Shown here piece by piece: positions 1 to 8,740 of a DNA stretch of 64,000 nt. The translations under genes were made by a program, and so were the position numbers. Numbering within the stretch: position 1 is the first letter of the stretch; the number at the start of each line of letters is the position of its first letter. The notes under the pieces were generated by a model. The model did no database searches. It had not been told where the DNA came from and saw only the letters and a list, made by a program, of their open reading frames with translations. The stretch spans positions 166,921 through 230,920 of the forward strand of contig CAYLHO010000001.1 in assembly GCA_964383665.1 (NCBI GenBank), written 5' to 3'. Source of the DNA: an uncultured Lachnospiraceae bacterium (GTDB taxonomy: Bacteria; Bacillota; Clostridia; Christensenellales; UBA1242).

Positions 1-630
1 ACGGTTAAATTTCGAAAGGGATTTAAAACAGAAAAGGCAATTGAGTTTGCGAAAATGTGTGAGGAAGCGGGCGCAAGTGCAATAACAATTCATGCGCGCC
101 TTGCAAGCCAAGGCTACAGCGGAAAGGTTGACTATAACCTTGTTTCCGAGGTTAAAAAAGCGGTTAAAATTCCTGTTATTGGAAGCGGAGATGTTGACGG
201 CGCCGAAACGCTTTTTAAAATGCTTGAAACTGGGGTTGACGGAGTTATGGTTGGCCGCGCAAGTTTTGGAAACCCAGCAATTTTCAAAACCCTTAACGAA
301 ATTAAGGACGGAAGAGAAAAAGAACCAATTGAAAAGTTTGTTCAAAGAGGGGAGTTCTTCAAAGATGTTTTAACAAGCGATGACCTTGTTAATCTTTCAA
401 AAAACGAAAAATATGTTAAATACCTTTGTGCAAAAAAACACGTTCAAATTTTAAGGGCATTCTATTCCGAAAATTTCCTTGTTAAATATATGAGAAAGCA
501 TATGCTTTGGTATTCAAACGGAATCAGAGGAAATGCGGATATAAAGAAAAAAATTGCGCTTTCAAACAATCTTAACGATTCGCTTTCATGGCTTAAGGAA
601 ATGATTGAAAATGAAAACTGTTCTAACTAA
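1..630 (+). CDS. dus: tRNA-dihydrouridine synthase, C-terminal part (5' end lies outside the window)
   Basis: Frame 1 is open from base 1. The translation (AITIHARLASQGYSGKVDYNL, IPVIGSGDV, GVMVGRASFGNPAIF) matches the Dus TIM-barrel end plus its helical C-terminal domain. Confidence 0.8.
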   Translation, partial: TVKFRKGFKTEKAIEFAKMCEEAGASAITIHARLASQGYSGKVDYNLVSEVKKAVKIPVIGSGDVDGAETLFKMLETGVDGVMVGRASFGNPAIFKTLNEIKDGREKEPIEKFVQRGEFFKDVLTSDDLVNLSKNEKYVKYLCAKKHVQILRAFYSENFLVKYMRKHMLWYSNGIRGNADIKKKIALSNNLNDSLSWLKEMIENENCSN

Positions 631-672
631 ACAGTTTTTTTAATATAAATACCTCTGAAAAACGGAGGATTT

Positions 673-1110
673 ATGAAATTTAAAAAAATTAAGTTAAAAA
701 AGAGCAAAGAAGTTGAAACTCAAGAAGCCGAAAAGCCAAAACTTTGGCTCAACATTTTGAAGGGGAGCCTTGTTTCGCTTGCAATTTCGCTTGTTTTAAT
801 TTTAATCTTTGCTTTTTTCATTAAATATGTTGCTGTTCCAGAAAGCGCAATTAAGCCAATAAATCAAGTTATTAAAGGCATAAGTTTGCTTGTTGGAACA
901 TTTATCGCACTTAAGAAATCAAGCCAAATGGGGCTTGTAAGTGGGCTTTTAATTGGACTTTCCTATACAATTTTGGCTTTTGTTGTTTTTTCAATTTTAG
1001 ACGGGAACTTTGAATTTTCAAAAACTCTTGTTAACGACCTTCTTTTTGGAGGGATTATTGGCGGAATTTGCGGGGTTATTGCTGTCAACTTTAAGAAGAA
1101 AACAGCGTGA
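673..1110 (+). CDS. small integral membrane protein (possibly YrzE/TIGR04086-like)
   Basis: GGAGG RBS lies 6 nt upstream of the ATG. The 145-aa product has about 4 hydrophobic helices. The family assignment is from memory only. Confidence 0.55.
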   Translation: MKFKKIKLKKSKEVETQEAEKPKLWLNILKGSLVSLAISLVLILIFAFFIKYVAVPESAIKPINQVIKGISLLVGTFIALKKSSQMGLVSGLLIGLSYTILAFVVFSILDGNFEFSKTLVNDLLFGGIIGGICGVIAVNFKKKTA

Positions 1111-1245
1111 AATTTGTTTAGATTGAATAAAATTCTTCCAGGAAATAAAAACTTTGTTAAAAGATTTTGATAATTTCTTCCAATGTTGTAAAATAAGTTT
1201 CGGTTGGCAAGTTGCCTTCCGAAATTTAATTTTAGGAGAAAACGA

Positions 1246-3879
1246 ATGGCTAAAAACAAATATGTCTATTTATTCTCGGAAGGGAATGCGGACATGAGAA
1301 ACCTCCTTGGAGGAAAAGGTGCAAACCTTGCAGAAATGACAAACATTGGTCTTCCTGTTCCACAAGGCTTCACAGTTACAACAGAAGCATGTGCAAGATA
1401 TTATGAAGACGGCAAAATGTTGGCAGACGACATAATCGAAGAGATTATGGAAGGGCTTGCAAAAATGGAAAAAATAACAGGCAAAAAATTTGGAGATAAA
1501 ACAAATCCTCTTCTTGTTTCTGTTAGAAGCGGTGCAAGAGCTTCAATGCCAGGAATGATGGACACAATCTTGAACCTTGGCTTAAACAGTGAGGTTGTTG
1601 AAGGGCTTGCTTCTTTAACCGGTAACACACGCTTTGCTTACGACAGTTACAGAAGATTTATTCAAATGTTCTCGGACGTTGCTTTGGGGCTTGAAAAATC
1701 TAACTTTGAAAAAATCATCGACAAGATGAAAGAAGAAAAAGGCGTTAAACTTGACACTGAACTTGACGAAAACGACCTTAAAGAAATGGTTAAACGTTTC
1801 AAAAATCTTTTCAAAACAGAAATGGGATATGATTTCCCAGAAGATCCAAAACTTCAACTTTTGGAAGCGGTTAAAGCAGTTTTCCGTTCATGGGACAACC
1901 CACGCGCAATCTACTATCGCCGTGTTAACGACATTCCATCATCTTGGGGAACAGCAGTTAACATTCAATCCATGGTTTTTGGAAACATGGGCGAACAAAG
2001 CGGAACAGGCGTTGCATTCACTCGTGACCCAGCAACCGGCGAAAAGAAATTGTATGGCGAATATCTTATGAACGCTCAAGGGGAAGACGTTGTTGCAGGA
2101 ATCAGAACTCCACAACCAATTTCACACCTTGAAGAACAAAACAAAGCGCTTTATGAAGAATTTGTTGCAATTGCAAACAAACTTGAAAACCACTATCGCG
2201 ACATGCAAGATATGGAGTTCACAATTGAAAATGGAAAACTCTATATGCTTCAAACAAGAAACGGAAAGAGAACTGCAAAAGCAGCGCTCAAAATTGCAGT
2301 TGACCTTGTTAAAGAAGGAATGTTAACAGAGCAAGAGGCTCTTATGAAACTTGAGCCAAAACAACTTGATGCTCTTTTGCATCCACAATTTGATGCAGCA
2401 GCACTTAAAGCTGCGCAACCAATTGGAAAAGCTCTTCCAGCATCTCCAGGCGCAGCAAGCGGAATTGTTGCATTCACAGCCGAAAGAGCAATTGAACTTC
2501 ATGCAGAGGGAAAGAAAATTGTTCTCGTTCGTTTGGAAACTTCCCCAGAAGATATTGAGGGAATGGCAGCCAGCGAAGGAATTTTAACAGCGCGCGGAGG
2601 AAGAACATCTCACGCTGCTGTTGTTGCAAGAGGAATGGGAACAGCATGCGTTGCTGGTTGCCAAGATCTTCTTGTTGACGAAGAAAATAAAAAATTCACA
2701 CTTGGCGGGAAAACATTTGTTGAAGGCGACCCAATTGCAATTGACGGATCAACCGGATTGATCTATGGCGAAGCTGTTAAAACAGTTCCTGCTTCAATTT
2801 CAGGCGATTTTGGAACAATTATGGCTTGGGCAGACGAAAACCGTGCTCTTCAAGTAAGAACAAATGCCGATTCTCCAGCTGACGCTCAAACAGCATTCAA
2901 TTTTGGAGCAGAGGGAATTGGTCTTTGCAGAACAGAACATATGTTCTTTGATGCCGACAGAATTCCAGCAGTTCGTGAAATGATTGTTTCAAAAACTGTT
3001 GAAGAAAGAAAACGTGCTCTTGCAAAACTTCTTCCAATGCAAAGAAAAGACTTTATTGGCATGTATAAAGCGATGAAAGGAAGACCAGTTACGATTCGTT
3101 TCTTGGATCCACCTCTCCACGAATTCTTGCCTCATGAAGATTTCGAAATTGAAGGCCTTGCAAAAGAAATGGGCTTAACGTTCGACGAACTTAAGGCAAC
3201 AGTTGAAGGACTTAAGGAAGTTAACCCAATGATGGGTCACAGAGGACTTCGCCTTGCAATAACATATCCAGAAATTGCTGAAATGCAAACAAGAGCTGTT
3301 ATTGAAGCGGCAATTCAAGTTAAACAAGAAGACGGATATAACATCGTTCCAGAAATTATGATTCCATTAACATGCGACAGCAAAGAATTTAACTTTGTTC
3401 GCGATGTTGTTGCACGCGTTGCAGATGAAATTATTGCAGAAAAAGGCGTTGAAATGACATACAAAATTGGAACAATGATTGAAATTCCACGCGCTGCATT
3501 AACAGCTGACGAAGTTGCAAAAACAGCAGAATTCTTCTCATTTGGAACAAACGACTTAACTCAAATGACATATGGATTCAGCCGTGATGACGCTGGAAAA
3601 TTCTTGGATTACTACTATGAAAGAAAGATTTTTGAAAGCGATCCATTTGCAAAACTCGACCAAAACGGCGTTGGAAAACTTGTTAAGATGGCAGCAGACC
3701 TTGGAAGATCAACTCGTCCAGACATCAAACTTGGAATTTGCGGCGAACATGGCGGCGATCCAAGCAGTATTGAATTCTGCCATAAAGCAGGGCTTAACTA
3801 TGTTTCGTGCAGCCCATATCGCGTTCCAATTGCGCGTCTTGCAGCAGCACAAGCAAACATTCTTAACCCAAGAAAATAG
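1246..3879 (+). CDS. ppdK: pyruvate, phosphate dikinase
   Basis: Start is the ATG at 1246, behind an AGGAG RBS, rather than the TTG at 1204. Motifs seen: GGKGANLAEM, the phosphohistidine region GGRTSHAAVVARG, and the PEP-utilising C-terminal GICGEHGGDP. Confidence 0.95.
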   Translation: MAKNKYVYLFSEGNADMRNLLGGKGANLAEMTNIGLPVPQGFTVTTEACARYYEDGKMLADDIIEEIMEGLAKMEKITGKKFGDKTNPLLVSVRSGARASMPGMMDTILNLGLNSEVVEGLASLTGNTRFAYDSYRRFIQMFSDVALGLEKSNFEKIIDKMKEEKGVKLDTELDENDLKEMVKRFKNLFKTEMGYDFPEDPKLQLLEAVKAVFRSWDNPRAIYYRRVNDIPSSWGTAVNIQSMVFGNMGEQSGTGVAFTRDPATGEKKLYGEYLMNAQGEDVVAGIRTPQPISHLEEQNKALYEEFVAIANKLENHYRDMQDMEFTIENGKLYMLQTRNGKRTAKAALKIAVDLVKEGMLTEQEALMKLEPKQLDALLHPQFDAAALKAAQPIGKALPASPGAASGIVAFTAERAIELHAEGKKIVLVRLETSPEDIEGMAASEGILTARGGRTSHAAVVARGMGTACVAGCQDLLVDEENKKFTLGGKTFVEGDPIAIDGSTGLIYGEAVKTVPASISGDFGTIMAWADENRALQVRTNADSPADAQTAFNFGAEGIGLCRTEHMFFDADRIPAVREMIVSKTVEERKRALAKLLPMQRKDFIGMYKAMKGRPVTIRFLDPPLHEFLPHEDFEIEGLAKEMGLTFDELKATVEGLKEVNPMMGHRGLRLAITYPEIAEMQTRAVIEAAIQVKQEDGYNIVPEIMIPLTCDSKEFNFVRDVVARVADEIIAEKGVEMTYKIGTMIEIPRAALTADEVAKTAEFFSFGTNDLTQMTYGFSRDDAGKFLDYYYERKIFESDPFAKLDQNGVGKLVKMAADLGRSTRPDIKLGICGEHGGDPSSIEFCHKAGLNYVSCSPYRVPIARLAAAQANILNPRK

Positions 3880-3891
3880 TTTTTTAAATTT

Positions 3892-3922
3892 AAAAACAAC
3901 CTCAATTTGGGGTTGTTTTTTT
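3892..3922 (+). terminator. intrinsic terminator after ppdK
   Basis: Hairpin AACAACCTC/GGGGTTGTT followed by a T run. Confidence 0.75.
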
Positions 3923-4028
3923 ATGCAAAAAACATATCATAAAGTATGCATGAATAAAATAAGTTAATAATTTACTTGCCAATTATCTTTTTTTGCGATA
4001 TTATATAAGAGATATAAAAAGGAATCAT

Positions 4029-4409
4029 ATGAGCGAAAATAAAAACGTCATTCAAAAATATAAAGGAAAGATAACTTGCAACAGAAGCATTTTGCTTTCG
4101 ATAATCGACCTTGCAACGCGCGAAATTTGTGGGGTTAGCGGGCTTGCGTCCTCACTTAAATCGAAGGTTTCAAGTTTGTTTTCAAAAAATAAAAATCCAA
4201 GCGTTCGCGTTCATTTCAACGCAAATGGATCGCTTTGTGTTGATGTTTATGTCCGCTTGTTCTATGGCTACAGTGTCCCGGACATTGCATACAAAATTCA
4301 AGAGAACATCAAAAACGGAATTTCTGCAATGATTGATATGCGCGCAACACGTGTTAATGTTCATGTTATGGGCGTTGATTTCGAAACAGAAGAGCCAGTT
4401 AGCGCTTAA
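4029..4409 (+). CDS. Asp23/Gls24-family alkaline shock protein
   Basis: Start at the internal ATG 4029. The translation (ILLSIIDLATREICGVSGL, VDVYVRLFYGYSVPDIAYKIQENI) is typical of Asp23. It sits directly upstream of nusB, as in other Firmicutes. Confidence 0.8.
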   Translation: MSENKNVIQKYKGKITCNRSILLSIIDLATREICGVSGLASSLKSKVSSLFSKNKNPSVRVHFNANGSLCVDVYVRLFYGYSVPDIAYKIQENIKNGISAMIDMRATRVNVHVMGVDFETEEPVSA

Positions 4410-4432
4410 CAGTTGTTTTTTAGGGGGAACAG

Positions 4433-4867
4433 ATGAGAAAATCTGCAAGAGAAGTTGCTTTTATGCTTATATATGAAAGTTTGTTCAACAAAGAAAGAGA
4501 TGTTGAACTTTCTTTTGATTCCTTTTCAAAGGAATTTGCATGTGGGAACGAAATTTTTGGCGAAAGCGCTCTCGACATTGAAGATGAAGTTTATGTTAAG
4601 CAAATTGTTTGCCTTTTTGAAGCAAATCGTGAACAAATTGAAACGCTTATTAAAAATAATATTTTTGGTTATGAAACAGACAGGGTTTACAAGGTTGATT
4701 TTGCACTTCTCGACCTTGCAGTAACAGAAATTTATCACTACCACACAGCGCCCGCTGTTGTTGTTAATGAAATTCTTGAAATTGCAAAGAAATATTCAAC
4801 AGAAAAGAGCGCTAAATTTATTAACGGAGTTTTAGGAGCAATCTTAAAAGAATATCCAGTTGAATAG
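4433..4867 (+). CDS. nusB: transcription antitermination factor NusB
   Basis: MRKSAREVAFMLIYE N-terminus and an EIAKKYSTEKSAKFINGVL C-terminal motif. Synteny with xseA/xseB. Confidence 0.9.
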   Translation: MRKSAREVAFMLIYESLFNKERDVELSFDSFSKEFACGNEIFGESALDIEDEVYVKQIVCLFEANREQIETLIKNNIFGYETDRVYKVDFALLDLAVTEIYHYHTAPAVVVNEILEIAKKYSTEKSAKFINGVLGAILKEYPVE

Positions 4868-4878
4868 GGACATAAACA

Positions 4879-6000
4879 ATGGAGCAAAAAGCAATTTCGG
4901 TTTCGCAACTTAGCGGTTATATTAAGGGAATTTTCGACGCGGAAGAGCTTTTACACAATATAAGTGTTTATGGCGAAATTTCGGGTCTTTCTGTTTTGCG
5001 TGGGAATGCATATTTCTCACTTAAAGACGAGGACGCGCTTCTTTCGTGCGTGTTTTTTGGCGCAGACGAATCGAAACTTAAAAATGGTGACCTTATTGTT
5101 GCAACCGGAACGCCAAGATACTATGTTAAAGGCGGGAAACTCAATTTTAATGTTGTTCGCGTTGAACCATACGGAATTGGCGAACTTTTTAAAAAGTTTT
5201 TGGAAACAAAGGAAAAACTTGAACGCGAAGGCTTGTTCTCTCAAGAACATAAAATTGATATCCCTCAAAATGTTAAAAAAATTGGGGTTGTAACTTCGGA
5301 AAAAGGTGCGGTTATTCGCGACATAATAAACGTTTCTTCAAGGCGGAATAGAGCAGTTAGCATCTCTGTTTACCCCTCGCGGGTTCAAGGGGAAGGAGCG
5401 GACAAGGAAATTATTGACGGAATTAGATATTTCGACGAAAAAAGCGATGTTGATGTTATTCTTGTTGCCCGCGGCGGTGGATCATTTGAGGATTTAATGC
5501 CGTTCAACAGCGAGGATCTTGCAAGGGTTGTTTATGACTGCCAAAAACCAATTGTTTCGGCGGTTGGGCATGAAACAGATTTCACAATTATTGATTTTGT
5601 TTCGGATTTGCGTGCGCCAACACCTTCGGCGGCTGCGGAACTTATTGTTCTTCCGCGAAGAGAAAAAGTTTTGGAAATAACATCAAAATTTGAATATTTA
5701 TCAAGCCTCATATCCAAAAAAAATGACCAAAGCGTTCGAAACATGCTTGATTTGAAACGAGATTTGGATAATGGCGTTAAAAACCTTCTTAATTTGCATG
5801 AGTTTAGCCTTGGAATGAGCGTGCAAGCGCTTGAGAAACTTAATCCAAACAAAATTTTGGAAAGGGGTTATGCAAAAATTGAGAAAAACGGAAATAATGT
5901 AAACTCAATTTCCGACGTTTGCCTTAAAGATAGTTTGGAGATATATCTAAAAGGTGGTAAAATTGAAGTTGAAGTTGAAAAAGTGGAGGAAAGAAAATGA
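4879..6000 (+). CDS. xseA: exodeoxyribonuclease VII large subunit
   Basis: OB-fold N-terminus (SVSQLSGYIK, GEISG) and the catalytic region ARGGGSFEDL, VGHETDFTI, DLRAPTPSAAAE. Confidence 0.92.
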   Translation: MEQKAISVSQLSGYIKGIFDAEELLHNISVYGEISGLSVLRGNAYFSLKDEDALLSCVFFGADESKLKNGDLIVATGTPRYYVKGGKLNFNVVRVEPYGIGELFKKFLETKEKLEREGLFSQEHKIDIPQNVKKIGVVTSEKGAVIRDIINVSSRRNRAVSISVYPSRVQGEGADKEIIDGIRYFDEKSDVDVILVARGGGSFEDLMPFNSEDLARVVYDCQKPIVSAVGHETDFTIIDFVSDLRAPTPSAAAELIVLPRREKVLEITSKFEYLSSLISKKNDQSVRNMLDLKRDLDNGVKNLLNLHEFSLGMSVQALEKLNPNKILERGYAKIEKNGNNVNSISDVCLKDSLEIYLKGGKIEVEVEKVEERK

Positions 6001-6215
6001 AAGACAGTTTAACATTTGAGCAGGCAGAAAAACGACTTCAAGAAATTGCTCTTAAACTTGAAGACGAAAAATTGCCATTTTCCGAAGCGCAAAAGCTTTA
6101 TGAAGAGGGCTGCGAACTTGTTAAGTTTTGCCTTTCGTCTTTGGATGAAACCAAGGGAAAGCTTACAATAATCAAAAAAGAACTTGATGAATTTATCGAG
6201 GAAAAATTTGAATAA
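5997..6215 (+). CDS. xseB: exodeoxyribonuclease VII small subunit
   Basis: 72-aa helical protein overlapping the xseA stop by 4 nt. Contains the FEQAEKRLQEI, LPFSEAQKLYEEG motif. Confidence 0.85.
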   Translation: MKDSLTFEQAEKRLQEIALKLEDEKLPFSEAQKLYEEGCELVKFCLSSLDETKGKLTIIKKELDEFIEEKFE

Positions 6216-6279
6216 TACGCAATATGTTGTGTGTTATGCATCAATAACACAACAAAATAAAAGAAAACAGGAGAAAAAT

Positions 6280-7710
6280 ATGGCAAAGAATTTTGTAGAA
6301 AAAATAACTGATATGGATTTGGATTTCCCACAGTGGTTCACTGATGTTGTAACCCAAACGGAACTTGTTGACTATGGCCCTGTTAAAGGTACAATGGTCA
6401 TTCGTCCATATGGCTATGCAATTTGGGAGAACATTCAAAAATATTTGGACGGGGAATTTAAAAAGGTTGGCGTTAAAAACGCATATTTCCCAATGTTTAT
6501 TCCGGAAAGTTATTTAATGCGCGAGGCAGAGCATGTTGAGGGATTTGCGCCTGAAGTTGCACTTGTAACCCATGCTGGCGGGAAAAAACTTGAGGAAAAT
6601 CTTGTTATTCGCCCAACAAGCGAAACAATAATTTGCGAAATGTATGCAAAATGGATAAAAAGTTACAGAGATTTGCCTGTTAAAATGAATCAATGGTGCA
6701 ATGTTTGCCGCTGGGAAAAAACAACACGTCCTTTCCTTAGAACAAGCGAATTTTTGTGGCAAGAAGGACACACGGTTTATTCAAATCATGCCGATGCTGA
6801 ACAAGACGCGTTAACTATGCTTGAAGTATACAGAAAACTTGGAACAGATTGCCTTGCAATTCCATTTTTCACCGGGAAAAAGACCGAAAGCGAAAAGTTC
6901 CCTGGTGCTGAAAACACTTACACAATTGAAGCGATGATGCATGATGGAAAGAGTTTGCAAAGCGGAACGACCCACGATTTAGGGCAAAAATTTGCAAAGG
7001 CTTTTAACATTAGATTCCTGAATAAAGAAGGACAACTTGAATATGGCTATTCAACATCTTGGGGCGTTTCAACTCGCTTAATTGGCGCAATAATCATGGT
7101 TCATGGAGATAATCGCGGGCTTGTTTTGCCACCTCGCGTTGCACCAATTCAAACAATTATAATTCCAATTGGACAAAACAACGAAAACGTTGAAAAAACT
7201 GCGAAAACTCTTGAAAACGAACTTTTGAATCTTGGTGTTAGAGTTGAAAGCGACAATTCTCAAAACTCACCGGGTTGGAAGTTTAATCAATGGGAAATGA
7301 AAGGTGTTCCAGTTCGCGTTGAAGTTGGCCCTCGCGACCTTGAAAACGGCGTTGTTACGCTTGTTCGCCGCGACACGCTTGAAAGAATCACATGCAAAGT
7401 TGAAGATGCTGCACTTGAAGTTCAAAAACTTTTAGACCAAATCCACAATCAAATGTTTGAAAAAGCGCTTAACTATCGCAACGAAAGAATTGAAAACGCA
7501 AATTCTTTGGAAGAACTTTTGAAAGTTGTTGACAGCAAGAAATTTGCACGCGTTAACATTTGTGAAAATGAGGATTGCTGCTTGAAAGTTAAAGCGGAAA
7601 CCGGCGCAACTTCAAGAATGATTGAGAACGAAAACCTTGAAAAAGGGCATAAATGCGCGCTTTGCGGGGGAGAAGCAACAAGAACTGTTCTCTTTGCAAG
7701 AAGTTATTAG
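6280..7710 (+). CDS. proS: prolyl-tRNA synthetase (archaeal/eukaryote-like short form)
   Basis: Start is the ATG at 6280, behind a GGAGAAAAA RBS. Class II motifs are present (IRPTSET, FLRTSEFLWQEGH). The zinc-binding C-terminus ends in SY. No INS editing domain is present. Confidence 0.9.
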   Translation: MAKNFVEKITDMDLDFPQWFTDVVTQTELVDYGPVKGTMVIRPYGYAIWENIQKYLDGEFKKVGVKNAYFPMFIPESYLMREAEHVEGFAPEVALVTHAGGKKLEENLVIRPTSETIICEMYAKWIKSYRDLPVKMNQWCNVCRWEKTTRPFLRTSEFLWQEGHTVYSNHADAEQDALTMLEVYRKLGTDCLAIPFFTGKKTESEKFPGAENTYTIEAMMHDGKSLQSGTTHDLGQKFAKAFNIRFLNKEGQLEYGYSTSWGVSTRLIGAIIMVHGDNRGLVLPPRVAPIQTIIIPIGQNNENVEKTAKTLENELLNLGVRVESDNSQNSPGWKFNQWEMKGVPVRVEVGPRDLENGVVTLVRRDTLERITCKVEDAALEVQKLLDQIHNQMFEKALNYRNERIENANSLEELLKVVDSKKFARVNICENEDCCLKVKAETGATSRMIENENLEKGHKCALCGGEATRTVLFARSY

Positions 7711-7723
7711 AATTTTGACATAT

Positions 7724-7757
7724 AAAAAACGACCAAACATTTTGGCCGTTTTTTTTT
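7724..7757. terminator. bidirectional intrinsic terminator between proS and the XRE gene
   Basis: A-run, CGACCAAA/TTTGGCCG hairpin (one mismatch), then a T9 run. Confidence 0.65.
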
Positions 7758-7774
7758 GTTACTTATTTGTAATT

Positions 7775-7981
7775 CTACTCATTTTCAACATCTTCCAAAA
7801 GTTCATCAAAACTTATTTTATAGAACTTTGCAAGTTTGATTAATATATAAACATTTGGAATGTTTGTTTCTTTTTCCCATTTAGCAACAGCGCTTTGATT
7901 AACTTTCATAGCTTTTGCAATATCTTTTTGACAGAGATTTCTCTCTATTCTTAATTCTTTAAGTTTCTCACTTATTCTCAT
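7775..7981 (-). CDS. XRE-family helix-turn-helix transcriptional regulator
   Basis: 68-aa product. LKELRIERNLCQKDIAKAMKVNQSAVAKWEKE is a textbook HTH_3 motif. Confidence 0.85.
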   Translation of the reverse strand: MRISEKLKELRIERNLCQKDIAKAMKVNQSAVAKWEKETNIPNVYILIKLAKFYKISFDELLEDVENE

Positions 7982-7992
7982 GATTTAATTTT

Positions 7993-8059
7993 AGTCCGAT
8001 TTGGACTTTTTATACTTGACTTATTCCTTTAAGGAATATATAATATTCCATGACGGAAT
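7993..8059. promoter_or_regulatory. divergent promoter region with three related 15-bp operators (A[G/T]TCC-N5-GGA[C/A]T)
   Basis: AGTCCGATTTGGACT (7993-8007), ATTCCTTTAAGGAAT (8023-8037) and ATTCCATGACGGAAT (8045-8059). The middle site fills the 17-nt spacer of a TTGACT (8016-8021) / TATAAT (8039-8044) promoter that points at the 8071 CDS. Confidence 0.6.
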
Positions 8060-8070
8060 TGGAGGGGTGT

Positions 8071-8403
8071 ATGGAAGAAAAAATAGTTATTAAATACGGA
8101 AACGAGGTTGAGAAGAAGAAAAAGCCAAGAGATATGCTTAAAAAATATAAGGAATTTTTTGGTTGCAACGGGGATATTAACTGCAGATATATTTTTTGCG
8201 GCTATCAATTCACAAACGAAAACGGCGAAGGGAAGTGCATTTTAAATTCAGTTGACATAAACGAAATGGGAATTTGCGACAACTGCATTATTCCTTTAAA
8301 TGTTGAAAATTCAACTAAAAAGGCGAAAATGGATTTTTTAAAAAGAGAGATTATATATTTCAAAGAAGATGAGGAGATTATGAGAAAAAACAACAATATT
8401 TAA
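8071..8403 (+). CDS. Cys-rich small hypothetical protein
   Basis: Start is the ATG at 8071, 6 nt after GGAGG. The ATG at 8050 lies at or upstream of the predicted TSS. The product contains the CNGDINCRYIFCGY, GKCILNSVDINEMGICDNC pattern. It is divergent from the XRE gene. Confidence 0.6.
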   Translation: MEEKIVIKYGNEVEKKKKPRDMLKKYKEFFGCNGDINCRYIFCGYQFTNENGEGKCILNSVDINEMGICDNCIIPLNVENSTKKAKMDFLKREIIYFKEDEEIMRKNNNI

Positions 8404-8473
8404 AAAAGTTGTTAAAAACGCTTGCAAAAGTGTTTTTTTTATGTTATGCTTGTAAAGCAAAAGGGCTTTACAA

Positions 8474-8740
8474 ATGGTTGAAATTGAAAAAACAGTATAT
8501 TTTGGAAATTTGCTTGAACTGTATGGAAAGCTCCTTAGCCCCGTTCAACAGCGAATTATGCACGATTATTATGAAAACGACCTAACGCTTACCGAAATTG
8601 CGGAAAATAACAAAATTTCGAGGCAAGCGGTTTATGATGCGGTTGTTAAATCGCAAACAAAACTTTCGCAGTTTGAAGAAAAAGTTGGGGCATACAAAGA
8701 AATTTCAAGATTAAAGGGAATTATTGATGGCGATATTTGA
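8474..8740 (+). CDS. ylxM: YlxM-like putative DNA-binding protein upstream of ffh
   Basis: 88-aa product. LLELYGKLLSPVQQRIMHDYYENDLTLTEIAE matches the sigma-70 region 4-like UPF0122 family. Conserved position before ffh. Confidence 0.8.
   Translation: MVEIEKTVYFGNLLELYGKLLSPVQQRIMHDYYENDLTLTEIAENNKISRQAVYDAVVKSQTKLSQFEEKVGAYKEISRLKGIIDGDI

Noticed and set aside
1204-1245. Upstream alternative starts in the ORF track: TTG 1204 for ppdK, 6184 for proS, 19922 for xfp, 17020 for the DUF1858 gene and 11145 for the dnaD-like gene
   Set aside because: In each case an internal ATG with a canonical AGGAG/GGAGG RBS begins exactly at the conserved family N-terminus. The extensions are non-homologous and, for xfp, overlap the divergent DUF11 gene.
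6216-6279. T-box leaders upstream of proS and serS (25937-26133)
   Set aside because: The available leaders are only about 64 nt and about 100 nt after the likely promoter. That is too short for the stem I/specifier/antiterminator architecture, and no T-box sequence (AAnnnGGGTGGnACCGCG) is present.
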